DNA of 64,000 nucleotides. Origin: Bacteroidota bacterium. Its GTDB lineage: Bacteria; Bacteroidota; Ignavibacteria; Kryptoniales; JAKASW01. The DNA lies in contig JAMCXB010000047.1 in the NCBI GenBank assembly GCA_023480735.1, positions 30,486 through 94,485 of the forward strand, written 5' to 3'. Below the pieces are notes generated by a model that saw only the letters and a program-made list of their open reading frames with translations, was not told the origin of the DNA and did not search any database. A program made the position numbers and the translations under genes. Numbering within the stretch: the stretch's first letter is position 1; each line of letters begins with the position of its first letter. Shown in pieces: positions 18,169 through 27,574 of the stretch.

Positions 18169-19560
18169 ATGAATTGTGGGCCAGTGTTGACAATTAGATT
18201 CCTTTTCTTGGTGTTCGCTTTAATCTTTTCTTATGTGCCAAAGGTTATTCCGCAGGATTTCCAGGTAAGCACCAGTGGAGCTGCAACCCTTTCAGTACAA
18301 GTTGCAAGCGATTCGTCCGGCCGTTTTGTCGTAGTCTGGGATGACGGCCGAAACATCAGGATACCTTATGGCGGGACAGGTAGTGAAGGTGATATCTATG
18401 GTCAAAGATATGACAACAAAGGGGCTCCGGTCGGCAACAATTTTAGAATATCTGATGACAGTTCTGAATGTGACAAATCATTTGCAGCACAATTCTTACC
18501 CCGAATCTCCATGAACAAGAAAGGGGAGTTTGTCGTCGTTTGGATGGACAGTAGGCCAAAGGCTACGCCGGATAATTCAACTGCCCCCCTTGAATTCAAC
18601 GTGTATGCACAACGGTTCGATTCAAGAGGTGAGCCTCTGGGGAGCAATTTCCTGGTGGACAGTCCAGCGATTGGGGGCCAATTGAATCCAGATGTCGTCA
18701 TGAGGAATGACGGCAGTTTTGTTGTTATATGGGTTAATAGTCTTGAAAGTGAAGGTGGGGTTAACAAGGTCTTCAGAGTGTATCTTCAGTCTTTTGATTC
18801 CAAGGGGAGGAAAGTGGGTTTGATTCAGAAGCTGAACCTCTACGCGCAAGAGCCCAGAATAGCGCTTTTCGATGATGGCGATTTTGTCATCGTGGCAGAC
18901 ACACTTGCTCAGGTATTCTCTTTTCCTTCAGATGAGGTGGGAGTTCCTTTCAGGATTTCGAAGGGTTTCACAAGGGTGGTCAAAACCAGCGATGAAAATT
19001 GCACAGATATATATGGGCAGAGATTTAACCTAGATCTGTCCAGGATACGGGGAGACCTAAAGATAAGTCATGAATCAGATAAGTCTGAACAACTTGTTCC
19101 TGCCTGCGCCATGGAAAACAATACCATACAAATTGCTTGGCTTGACGCAAGGGGTATGAGGTACTTCACGAACGTGTACCCTCCACAATTGGAGATCGAT
19201 GTATGGGCTACAATTCAAGATTTTAATAATCCAACTGAGGGGCTTCCGACTCACTGTTCGCAGCCGCCATCGCATATTCCATCCTCTTTCAAGTTCTTTC
19301 AAAGTTATCCTAACCCTACCAATGGTATGGCCGCTTTTGCGTACGATTTACCTGAGGATGGGACCGTGAGACTCACTTTATACAATATCCTAGGGGAGGA
19401 GGTGACGTTACTGGGGGATGAATTTCAAAAAGCAGGGCACTACACCAGAGATTTCATGATTGACAATCTATCCAGCGGCATATATCTCGCAAGATTGTCG
19501 GTTAAGACCATTTCAGGAAGTACTCACACAAGCACAATCAAACTCGTCTTACTTAAGTAA
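18169..19560 (+). CDS. secreted repeat protein with T9SS C-terminal sorting domain
   Basis: Signal peptide MNCGPVLTIRFLFLVFALIFS. Internal repeats of the form GxFVVVWxD...DIYGQRFD..GxPxGxxF. C-terminal YPNPTNG...VRLTLYNILGEEV...GIYLARL matches the Por secretion tail. Confidence 0.8.
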   Translation: MNCGPVLTIRFLFLVFALIFSYVPKVIPQDFQVSTSGAATLSVQVASDSSGRFVVVWDDGRNIRIPYGGTGSEGDIYGQRYDNKGAPVGNNFRISDDSSECDKSFAAQFLPRISMNKKGEFVVVWMDSRPKATPDNSTAPLEFNVYAQRFDSRGEPLGSNFLVDSPAIGGQLNPDVVMRNDGSFVVIWVNSLESEGGVNKVFRVYLQSFDSKGRKVGLIQKLNLYAQEPRIALFDDGDFVIVADTLAQVFSFPSDEVGVPFRISKGFTRVVKTSDENCTDIYGQRFNLDLSRIRGDLKISHESDKSEQLVPACAMENNTIQIAWLDARGMRYFTNVYPPQLEIDVWATIQDFNNPTEGLPTHCSQPPSHIPSSFKFFQSYPNPTNGMAAFAYDLPEDGTVRLTLYNILGEEVTLLGDEFQKAGHYTRDFMIDNLSSGIYLARLSVKTISGSTHTSTIKLVLLK

Positions 19561-19607
19561 GCGTGTGCATTTTGTCGCTCATTCACTGTGAAAAATACGG
19601 AGGAAAA

Positions 19608-19754
19608 ATGAAGACTCTAAAGAGAACCCCTTTTGCTATGTTCCTGATACTTTCAGCAGTCTTTCTTTCCAAAGGAATTTCTTACGGACAATTATCAGGC
19701 GGGAACGGAGCAAAATATACTACTAGGTTTTCGTCAAGCTTATTCGACTTATAA
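19608..19754 (+). CDS. small secreted peptide (48 aa), hypothetical
   Basis: GGAGGA SD 5 nt before the ATG. MKTLKR, a hydrophobic core and then ...QLSGGNGAKYTTRFSSSLFDL. Ends 27 nt before the next start. Confidence 0.45.
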   Translation: MKTLKRTPFAMFLILSAVFLSKGISYGQLSGGNGAKYTTRFSSSLFDL

Positions 19755-19781
19755 TTGGACACTGACGCACCGGAGGTTGAA

Positions 19782-19994
19782 ATGAATGTTGCAGCAGAGC
19801 AACTCAGCAAGCGGGAACAGGAGGTTTTGCGGCTGATTCTGGAGGGATTTGAAAACAAGGCGATTGCAAAGAAGCTTTTCATTAGTGTAAAAACGGTTGA
19901 ATTCCATAAAGAGAATCTTAAACAGAAATTGCAACTGAAAACCAATAGAGAATTGTATGAGTTGAACAATGGTCATATAATATTTGAGGACTGA
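19782..19994 (+). CDS. GerE/LuxR-type HTH regulator, DNA-binding domain only
   Basis: [50 protein letters not shown] before ATG 19782. Confidence 0.8.
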   Translation: MNVAAEQLSKREQEVLRLILEGFENKAIAKKLFISVKTVEFHKENLKQKLQLKTNRELYELNNGHIIFED

Positions 19995-20075
19995 ACAGGT
20001 GAGCATTCCATCCAAAGCGATGTCCTCAACGCTTAGCTTTGAACGCGCTATCGAAGGTAAAATAAGGACTTGCCA

Positions 20076-21149
20076 ATGAGAACGCCGAAGATCCTGATTC
20101 TTTTCCTCCTTTCCGGTGCGCCGTTATGCGGCCAGGAACTACCAACCGAAGGCTTATTCGAGTTCAACTCGATCTTTCAGCAGAAGAACATCAGAGTGTC
20201 GGACAGAATCAAAGAGGACTTGAATCTGCAGGGTTCATTTATTCAACAGACCTACTACAATGCAAACAAAGACACGCGGATAGATTCCATTCAACCAATA
20301 AGGCGGGTCTCTACAATTCAATACTTCTCAAATGGTGATCAAAACGTGTTGCAGTTGCTGGACGATGGATCTCACTTTGACGATGGCTCAAGCGACGCAA
20401 TCTACGGAAATGTTTCAATTGGTGAATTCGACCGGTTTCGTACTGATGAATCCACCATCGATGTTCAGTTAGACACGATGGGAATTAATTATTTTATGAT
20501 TTACCCTCGGGTTACTTACTTGCCGGAGCCGCCCACTATAATAATCCCTCAAAATAGTTCCACGGTATCATCGACAATGCCTCAAGTTGCCTGGAGAATA
20601 GACCCGAGAGCAGATGGAGCGGGCGTAATCCTTCTTGCAGGTGCTCCGGTCCTGGGAGAGAAACTGAAAGGCGTAATTTGGCAGGAATCGTTCGCGCAGA
20701 ATGGGAATAGCCTCTTTACGGAAAAGTTGCCGTTCAAGTTGGAAAACAAGAAAGAGTATACGTTGATAATTTGGTCATACACAAACACTAAAGTGGTTGA
20801 TGGCGTCTTGGATCGAGCTGCATATTCGATGGAGTGGAGCAGGTTTCGCGTAGATACCTCACTGCAGAATGGCGATTTGGTTCTCTTGCAAAATTTCCCC
20901 AACCCCTTTAGTTCTGTGACGTTCATTAGTTATGTTTTGCCTAAGGATGGAGACGTTTCGATAAAGATATTTGATGTTTTGGGGAATCAAGTAGCTACAC
21001 TGGTACACGAAAAAGAATCGCAGGGCGAGCACTATGCTGTATGGTGCGGACAGAATGCTCTTGGATGTAACGTCGGCTCGGGTGTGTACCTCTACAATCT
21101 TATTTTCGACCATCACTCAAGAACCGGGAAATTACTACTGCTCAGATAG
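20076..21149 (+). CDS. secreted hypothetical protein with T9SS C-terminal sorting domain
   Basis: Signal peptide MRTPKILILFLLSGAPLCGQ. C-terminal NFPNPFSSVTFISYVLPKDGDVSIKIFDVLGNQVATL...GVYLYNL. Confidence 0.8.
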   Translation: MRTPKILILFLLSGAPLCGQELPTEGLFEFNSIFQQKNIRVSDRIKEDLNLQGSFIQQTYYNANKDTRIDSIQPIRRVSTIQYFSNGDQNVLQLLDDGSHFDDGSSDAIYGNVSIGEFDRFRTDESTIDVQLDTMGINYFMIYPRVTYLPEPPTIIIPQNSSTVSSTMPQVAWRIDPRADGAGVILLAGAPVLGEKLKGVIWQESFAQNGNSLFTEKLPFKLENKKEYTLIIWSYTNTKVVDGVLDRAAYSMEWSRFRVDTSLQNGDLVLLQNFPNPFSSVTFISYVLPKDGDVSIKIFDVLGNQVATLVHEKESQGEHYAVWCGQNALGCNVGSGVYLYNLIFDHHSRTGKLLLLR

Positions 21150-21302
21150 ATAAACAGGAGTTTTCCCCCGTTGTTCTCCTGTCTGCCCAAGGATACCTTT
21201 CATATGCGAAGTGGAGAACCGTGACGGATCGAATCCGGAGCGGGTGCGGCCTGTTTCCGTGGGTTCTCAGGATTGGTAAACCAAAAAAGAACGGAGGTTA
21301 AT

Positions 21303-21797
21303 ATGGGACGAGCTAATTCAATGATTCGCTTTATAGTTGTCCTTGCCGGGATGCTTGCGGTTTCCGCATTGTCGTCATACGCGCAAGAAAGAACCTTGGA
21401 TGATTTAGTAAGAGACTCTCAGGTGATTGTTATTGGTAATGTTAAGAATGTTCAAAGCAAATGGGACAATCAAAAGAGAAACATCTGGACTTACGTCACA
21501 ATTAGCAGCCAAAGCTATCTGAAAGGCGACATTACACAGGGCGAATTGGTGGTTAGAATCCTTGGCGGCGCGGCGAACGATACAAGCCAGTACGTCTCTG
21601 GCAGTCCAAGGTTCGACGTCGGTGAGCATGTCTTGACTTTTCTGGGGAAGGATGTTCAAGATTTCTACTACGTAAACGGTTGGGAAGATGGCAAGTACAC
21701 GTACAGGGATGGTGCTTGGATTGGAAAAAATTCTGAATTCCCCGGGCAACTCGTCACACAAATAAAGTCTATAGTAAAACTTCAATCAAAACAATGA
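21303..21797 (+). CDS. secreted hypothetical protein
   Basis: GGAGG SD. Signal peptide MIRFIVVLAGMLAVSALSSYAQ. No family recognised. Lies immediately upstream of the metalloprotease gene. Confidence 0.6.
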   Translation: MGRANSMIRFIVVLAGMLAVSALSSYAQERTLDDLVRDSQVIVIGNVKNVQSKWDNQKRNIWTYVTISSQSYLKGDITQGELVVRILGGAANDTSQYVSGSPRFDVGEHVLTFLGKDVQDFYYVNGWEDGKYTYRDGAWIGKNSEFPGQLVTQIKSIVKLQSKQ

Positions 21798-21825
21798 ACC
21801 CTCTTAAACAATGAAGGAGTTTTCC

Positions 21826-23976
21826 ATGGCTACGATGAAGAAGTTCGTGCTTTGTGTTATGTTCATCTGGCTCTTGTTTCCCGCTACATCTCTTTACGCC
21901 TACAAGTATGTCGGATATAGATACACAAAGGGCAATTTTCCCGCTTTCTATGTCAATCAGGCGGGTACCCCCGATTGCTCTGGCGAATTCACTGCTATTC
22001 AAAATGCTCTACAGACTTGGAATAATGTAAACACAACCTATGTTGCTTTTCAGTATGGGGGTACAACCACGACAAATACGATGGGACTGGACGGTACAAA
22101 TCTTATGATGTGGGTAGAGAGCGGCTGGCGAACTATATTTCCAGGCAGTAATGCGGTAGCGGTAAATTCCACGTGGTATTCCGGTGGTGTTGCCTACGAA
22201 TCAGATATTCTCTTTAATGGTGAAGACTACACCTGGTCCGATAACGGAGCGGCTGGCAAATATGATGTCAAGGATGTTGCCACCCATGAAATAGGTCACT
22301 CAGTTGGTCTTGACGATCTCTACGACGATACGGACGCCGATAAGACTATGTACGTTTATATTGGGACTGGCGAGACGAAGAAATCAACCCTAGATCCGGA
22401 CGATGAAGACGGTGCTAGGTACGTAAATTTCGAGGCCCAGACCTCAGGTACACTTTCGGAGGACCAGGTCTGGTTGGTATCGCTAGACGGCACCTCCATC
22501 ACGGTCCCCGGGAATTTGACCATACCTTCGGGTCGAACCTTAGACATAGAATCGGGGCTTGCTGTCACTTTCAGCGGCTACTATAAGCTCCGTGTCGAGG
22601 GGGTACTTATAGCCAGTGGTTCTCCGAGTAGTCCGGTCACTTTTCAGGGCAACGGCTCCTCCGGCTCGTGGTTCGGCATCGAATTCTACAATATCTCAAG
22701 TGGTTCGAGCCTCCGCTATTGCACAATAAAGGATGCCAGCTACGGATTGAACCTGATCTCGAGCTCTCTTCCCGCTAATCCCCTCATCATCAGGAACAAT
22801 AACCGCGGAGTCAACTGTACCAACTACAGCGATCCGAGTTTTATGTCGACCGTATTCGACTATAACAACTGGGACGTCTACGGTGATGGTACCTCGACAC
22901 CGCTGCTTGGAACATCGATAGGCCCGGGGTATAACAGTTTCCGCGACCCCGGATACTACCAGATATATTCAACCTATTCCGGTACCATCAGCGCCGAGGG
23001 GAACTGGTGGGGAAGCTCTCCCGCCTATCCCATTGTTACTTCGAATGTGGATTATTCCAACTGGCTTTCCGTTGATCCGAATCCATCCATGAAACAAACA
23101 GGCGGTAAATCCGCCGTTGTCGTCCAGTCCGTATCGCCTTCTTCACCGGGGTTGCAGAACTCTCGGCCAGGCGTCACAAGCTCCGACTCTGGCACAACGC
23201 AACTGGATGCAGCGTATCGTTTGTATCTCGACGGAGATTATGAAAATGCACTCCGGGCTTTTGAAACCGTGACGACAAACTATCCGGATGACTTTGCAGC
23301 CTGCCGCGCCCTGGTTTTTGCCGGGCGGTGCCTCGATAAACTTGTCCGGTCTTCGGATGTTCTCACCGAACTGAACGATGTCTCTGCTGCACAAGCAGGC
23401 ACCAGGGTAAACACATTCGCCGAGGCAAGGCGCACGTATCAATATCTGAAGGAGGGGAAGTACCAGGAAGCGCTTGCGCAAGCCGTGCAGATTGCCGGTT
23501 CGAGCAGCGACACGGCTCTTATGAAGTTCGCGCTTTATGATGCCGGGAGCATCGATTGGTATGACCTTGGTAACAAGGGAGATGGCGAGAAATACTATCG
23601 CCAGTTGATCTCCCGTTTCCCTGGCGATCCGCTCAGCGCTTCTGCACTTGTAGCCATGGGGGAAACCACCTCGCCTTCTGCTCCTCAGCAGCAAGCCAGC
23701 GCTGTAACAGAAGAGAACCAAACAGTACTTGGGAATTATCCCAATCCGTTCAATCCGGCGACTGTGATCTCATACGGTCTTAATAAAGGAGGTCATGTGA
23801 CACTGAGAATCTACGATGTACTTGGAAAGGTTGTCGCAACACTTGTCGATGGTAATGAGAATGCGGGCCAACACAGCGTGCAGTTCAATGGCCAGAACCT
23901 TGCCAGCGGGATTTATCTCTATCGCTTAACTGCACTTGGAGTCGATCAGGTGAAGAAGATGATCCTCATGAAGTGA
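21826..23976 (+). CDS. metzincin-like zinc protease fused to a beta-helix region, a TPR-like region and a T9SS C-terminal domain
   Basis: HEIGHSVGLDD (HExxHxxGxxD) with a downstream KTMY Met-turn candidate. NWWGS motif at the end of parallel-beta-helix-like repeats. C-terminal NYPNPFNPATVISY...RIYDVLGKVVATL...GIYLYRL. Confidence 0.8.
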   Translation: MATMKKFVLCVMFIWLLFPATSLYAYKYVGYRYTKGNFPAFYVNQAGTPDCSGEFTAIQNALQTWNNVNTTYVAFQYGGTTTTNTMGLDGTNLMMWVESGWRTIFPGSNAVAVNSTWYSGGVAYESDILFNGEDYTWSDNGAAGKYDVKDVATHEIGHSVGLDDLYDDTDADKTMYVYIGTGETKKSTLDPDDEDGARYVNFEAQTSGTLSEDQVWLVSLDGTSITVPGNLTIPSGRTLDIESGLAVTFSGYYKLRVEGVLIASGSPSSPVTFQGNGSSGSWFGIEFYNISSGSSLRYCTIKDASYGLNLISSSLPANPLIIRNNNRGVNCTNYSDPSFMSTVFDYNNWDVYGDGTSTPLLGTSIGPGYNSFRDPGYYQIYSTYSGTISAEGNWWGSSPAYPIVTSNVDYSNWLSVDPNPSMKQTGGKSAVVVQSVSPSSPGLQNSRPGVTSSDSGTTQLDAAYRLYLDGDYENALRAFETVTTNYPDDFAACRALVFAGRCLDKLVRSSDVLTELNDVSAAQAGTRVNTFAEARRTYQYLKEGKYQEALAQAVQIAGSSSDTALMKFALYDAGSIDWYDLGNKGDGEKYYRQLISRFPGDPLSASALVAMGETTSPSAPQQQASAVTEENQTVLGNYPNPFNPATVISYGLNKGGHVTLRIYDVLGKVVATLVDGNENAGQHSVQFNGQNLASGIYLYRLTALGVDQVKKMILMK

Positions 23977-24012
23977 TTCCATAACGTAACTTTCATCGAG
24001 AAGGAACTATTT

Positions 24013-24041
24013 GAGGCCCGATTTCTCATAAATCGGGCCTC
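24013..24041 (+). terminator. stem-loop after the metalloprotease gene
   Basis: 12-bp perfect stem gaggcccgattt / aaatcgggcctc with loop ctcat. The U-tract is weak. The stem sequence is shared with 62123-62153. Confidence 0.55.
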
Positions 24042-24138
24042 TCGTTAGCCTATTTCCCCTCGTGTTTTTCCGCACACACAGGATCACCCCCAAGACGTGA
24101 TGAAGACGAAGACAGCGTTCCATTCGGCGCTTCAAAAA

Positions 24139-24588
24139 TCATGTGGATGACTCGATAAGGTCAGATATCTTTTTCAAGGTCCCTGCAGAATGTTTCCCGG
24201 TTCCCGCCTCCAGCCGACGAAGTGTCGCTTCGTCCATTCCTAGTTGGATCGCCAGTTGCTTTCGCGTCATCCCGTGGAGAAGCCTGGACCGAGTGATTTT
24301 CTGGTTCAAGGTGCTTGAGGGGAAAAGATTCCCGGGAATGTATCCCAGGAACTCGATTATCTTCTGGATCTGCCTTATGAGCGGCTCATGATCTCCGGCT
24401 TCCCATCCTACAACGGACATGACATCCACCTGCAGCTGGGCAGCGACCTCCCGCCGGAAGAGTCCGAGATCAAGCCGCCTTTTCCGTATGTGGTCACCAA
24501 AAGTCATAAGTGTCCTCGGATAAGCTTTAGGAAGCGGCTTTTTAGCCTTAATTTCGAGGTGGCAGAATGGCAACGCGGGGATGTCCAT
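24139..24588 (-). CDS. XRE-family transcriptional regulator with two HTH repeats
   Basis: FGDHIRKRRLDLGLFRREVAAQLQVDVMSVVGWE plus a second repeat LLHGMTRKQLAIQLGMDEATLRRLE. The start is ambiguous (24615, 24588 or 24507). Confidence 0.75.
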   Translation of the reverse strand: MDIPALPFCHLEIKAKKPLPKAYPRTLMTFGDHIRKRRLDLGLFRREVAAQLQVDVMSVVGWEAGDHEPLIRQIQKIIEFLGYIPGNLFPSSTLNQKITRSRLLHGMTRKQLAIQLGMDEATLRRLEAGTGKHSAGTLKKISDLIESST

Positions 24589-24721
24589 TCGCTGTGATAG
24601 ACAAATCAAGAGCACTATCTAAGACATGCCGCCCCTACGCTTAGACACTTACCTTGTCTCATGATAGTTCGGGCAACTCTCCGTTCTATTCTCCCAGGAT
24701 TCCGCAATTCCAGGATTCCCC

Positions 24722-24751
24722 TCACGGCACAATCTTGTTCAGCGGGTACTC
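24722..24751 (-). repeat. hisG 3' terminal 30 nt (att-like direct repeat, right junction)
   Basis: GAG TAC CCG CTG AAC AAG ATT GTG CCG TGA. This is the partner of 15082-15111. Confidence 0.8.
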
Positions 24752-25603
24752 GATGATTCCTTCAGCCCCGTTGCGTTTCAATTCCGGGACGATGATCCTT
24801 ACAGTGCGCTCGTCGATTATCGTCTCGATGGCGACCCACTCGTTGTCGTAAAGCGGGGAAACAGTCGGCTTTCGAAGTGCCGGGATTATGCCGATTACTT
24901 TCGGGAGATCCGACTTCCTGATATTCATTTTCAGCCCGACCTTTCCTTCGGCCGCGATCGCTCCCCTCAGCAGTAATGCAATAGTCTCGATTTTCTCACG
25001 CTTCCACTGGTCCTTATAAGCCTCGTTGTTTGCGATAAATCTCGTGGAGGATTGCAGGACGGTATCGATGACGCGGAGGTGGTTCGCGCGTAATGAAGTT
25101 CCGGTTTCTGTCACTTCGACGATGGCATCGGCAAGCTCCGGGACTTTTACCTCGGTTGCACCCCACGAAAATTCCACAGAAGCTTCGACTCCATTGCGTT
25201 GGAGGTACTGCTTCGTGATGTTTACGACTTCCGTGGATATCCGCTTCCCATGCAGGTCCTTCACCGATTTAAACTGCGAGTCTTCCTGAACCGCAAGAAC
25301 CCATCTCACAGGCCGCATGCTTTGTTTTGCATAAACAAGCTCTGCGACTTCTGTAACATCACTGTTGGTCTCGATTATCCAGTCCTTACCGGTCAACCCG
25401 GCGTCGAACGTACCCAGCTCGACATATCTCGCCATTTCCTGGGCACGCACAAGCATGATTTTAAGCTCGTCGTCCTCGACGGTGGGGAAGTAGCTCCTCG
25501 ATGATACCGAAATATTGTAACCGGCTTTCTGAAATAGTGAAAATGTTGATTCCTGGAGACTCCCCTTCGGCAGACCCAGTTTTAACACTTTATCTTTTGA
25601 CAT
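24722..25603 (-). CDS. hisG: ATP phosphoribosyltransferase, long form
   Basis: [13 protein letters not shown]-terminus, the GLTGKDW region, and a C-terminal regulatory domain. 293 aa. Confidence 0.93.
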   Translation of the reverse strand: MSKDKVLKLGLPKGSLQESTFSLFQKAGYNISVSSRSYFPTVEDDELKIMLVRAQEMARYVELGTFDAGLTGKDWIIETNSDVTEVAELVYAKQSMRPVRWVLAVQEDSQFKSVKDLHGKRISTEVVNITKQYLQRNGVEASVEFSWGATEVKVPELADAIVEVTETGTSLRANHLRVIDTVLQSSTRFIANNEAYKDQWKREKIETIALLLRGAIAAEGKVGLKMNIRKSDLPKVIGIIPALRKPTVSPLYDNEWVAIETIIDERTVRIIVPELKRNGAEGIIEYPLNKIVP

Positions 25604-25653
25604 TTTGTTTCGTCCCTTTATTTATACTGTTTGTAGCGAGGAGCTCCGTGTAA

Positions 25654-26568
25654 CTACTTCCTTATGACAAACTCCACACTGTCGGGTTTCACGAATATTA
25701 CTTGCAGTGTAGGAGGGGCCTTGACTTCGGGCTGAACGCGTGATGAACTCGAGTGGATGAGATCGTCGTAGTTTACAGTCACACTCAAAGAATCGGCGGA
25801 AATCTCAGACATTGTGGTGATTCCACCCCTTAGAGTTACGTCCACTGTGGGCGGCAGGAGAAGAATGTTTGCCGAATCGCTATTATTTAGAATTTTGATC
25901 GGAATATCTTTGTAGGTATCTTCTGCAATTTGCTGGACACTCACACTTACATCGACATACTTTGTCCCCAGCGAAAGGATTCCTGTGAGCGTGTCAGAAA
26001 GTGGTATGGTTGTAGTTATTCCATTCATGACTCGTTTGAAACGTCTGGGCTGCGTGTACCATGCGTCAAGTTTACTCACTATGTCACTCGAGCCTATGAC
26101 GGTTACAGAGTCAGGGGAGAGCACTGGAATTCCGACGACCATGAAGCCGCTTCGGGGTTCGACATCAATTTCGGGTATAATGGGGACCTTCTTGGTCGCA
26201 ATTTTATCAAGTGTCATCACTACAGTGTCGGGAGTAAAGCTGATAATATTTGCCGACGAGCCGAAGTCCAACGAATAACCGAGGTCACGACTCGTGATGA
26301 CGATTCTTCTCTTATTAAAATTGGAAAGATCGATGTTTATGCTCGATGTGGTGGAAAGATAAGCGGAAGCTAACTGCCAGCCGGTCCCCCGAACGCGCAC
26401 CAGAATAGACTTTGGGATGGGACTCGCCAGCGCGGTATTGTCGGGGAGACCGCTAACCTTGAACGGGACCCTGATCGCTACCGAGTACTCGTTGTTCATC
26501 GATACGGAGAGCCAGACAAGGATTGAAAGGACCAATGAAGCGATTATTACGTGAGTTTTCTTTTCCAT
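25654..26568 (-). CDS. YbbR-domain protein (CdaR-like)
   Basis: N-terminal TM segment followed by repeated YbbR-like beta modules (V.V.G.P......P..V.V.G pattern). 304 aa. No cdaA gene is adjacent. Confidence 0.7.
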   Translation of the reverse strand: MEKKTHVIIASLVLSILVWLSVSMNNEYSVAIRVPFKVSGLPDNTALASPIPKSILVRVRGTGWQLASAYLSTTSSINIDLSNFNKRRIVITSRDLGYSLDFGSSANIISFTPDTVVMTLDKIATKKVPIIPEIDVEPRSGFMVVGIPVLSPDSVTVIGSSDIVSKLDAWYTQPRRFKRVMNGITTTIPLSDTLTGILSLGTKYVDVSVSVQQIAEDTYKDIPIKILNNSDSANILLLPPTVDVTLRGGITTMSEISADSLSVTVNYDDLIHSSSSRVQPEVKAPPTLQVIFVKPDSVEFVIRK

Positions 26569-26956
26569 TCCTTATCGTGAAACGAGTTGTTCCTCAACGG
26601 AGTATTAAGCATTTGTCGACGGGGTGAGTCCATTTTTGGATGTCCAGCACCCGAATTCTTTTCTCTGTTTGATCTGTTTTATCCCGGGAAATTTGAAATC
26701 CAGTAATTTTCGGGGAATCGAAAATCCTCCCACTAGATCCGTCGTCCAAGTATACAGCGGATAGCTCTGCTCTATCCTGAAATCGACGCTTGGGTTGATT
26801 CACTAACAAGAAAATTTAAACCTGTATGGGTTAATTTCCAAAAGGCGTCACCTAGTCTGCTGAACTTGAGAAGTTAGTTGAGTTACAGCAAGAAAAATAG
26901 CGAATTCTCAAGAAAATGATTGCTATTTGTCCACTCCTTTGGTAACTTTTCGACGA

Positions 26957-27574
26957 ATGAGACTTGCAGTATTTGTGTCTGGTAAGGGCACAAACCTTCT
27001 TAATATTATCAAAAGGAACCAAGAGGGATTTTTAAGGTCGGAAATCATTTTAGTGATTTCCAATCACGAGTGTGAAGCGATAGAGAATTCACAACGTGCT
27101 GGCATTCGGACAAAGATCTTGGACTCGAAGAGTCTTGAGAACGAAATCGAGTTTGGAAACGTACTTCTCGAAGTATTACGGAAGAATCAGATCGAATTTG
27201 TTGTCCTTGCAGGTTTTCTCAAGAAGATCCCCGATGTTGTCGTCAAGTCATTTCAAAATAAGATTATCAATGTGCATCCTGCTCTTCTCCCCTCTTTCGG
27301 AGGCAAGGGGATGTACGGGATGAAGGTCCATCAGGCCGTTATAGACTACGGATGCAAGGTCAGCGGAGCGACTGTCCATCTCGTAGATTCAGAGTATGAC
27401 CACGGACCGGTGATCCTGCAGAGATGCGTGCCCGTTAGTGATGACGATACGGCGGAGACTCTTGCCTCAAAGATCCATCAACTTGAATATGAACTTTTAC
27501 CTGAAGCACTAAAGCTGTTTGAGGAGAATAAGGTTCAGGTAGCAGGAAGAAAGGTGCGAATTTATCTTTCGTGA
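26957..27574 (+). CDS. purN: phosphoribosylglycinamide formyltransferase
   Basis: MRLAVFVSGKGTNL, INVHPALLPSFGG and ATVHLVDSEYDHGP motifs. Confidence 0.92.
   Translation: MRLAVFVSGKGTNLLNIIKRNQEGFLRSEIILVISNHECEAIENSQRAGIRTKILDSKSLENEIEFGNVLLEVLRKNQIEFVVLAGFLKKIPDVVVKSFQNKIINVHPALLPSFGGKGMYGMKVHQAVIDYGCKVSGATVHLVDSEYDHGPVILQRCVPVSDDDTAETLASKIHQLEYELLPEALKLFEENKVQVAGRKVRIYLS

Noticed and set aside
26594-26809. The 71-aa minus-strand ORF upstream of the YbbR-domain gene might be a remnant of the diadenylate cyclase cdaA, which usually precedes ybbR.
   Set aside because: Its translation shows none of the DisA_N motifs (for example the DGA and RHR regions). It is treated as a non-coding divergent promoter region.
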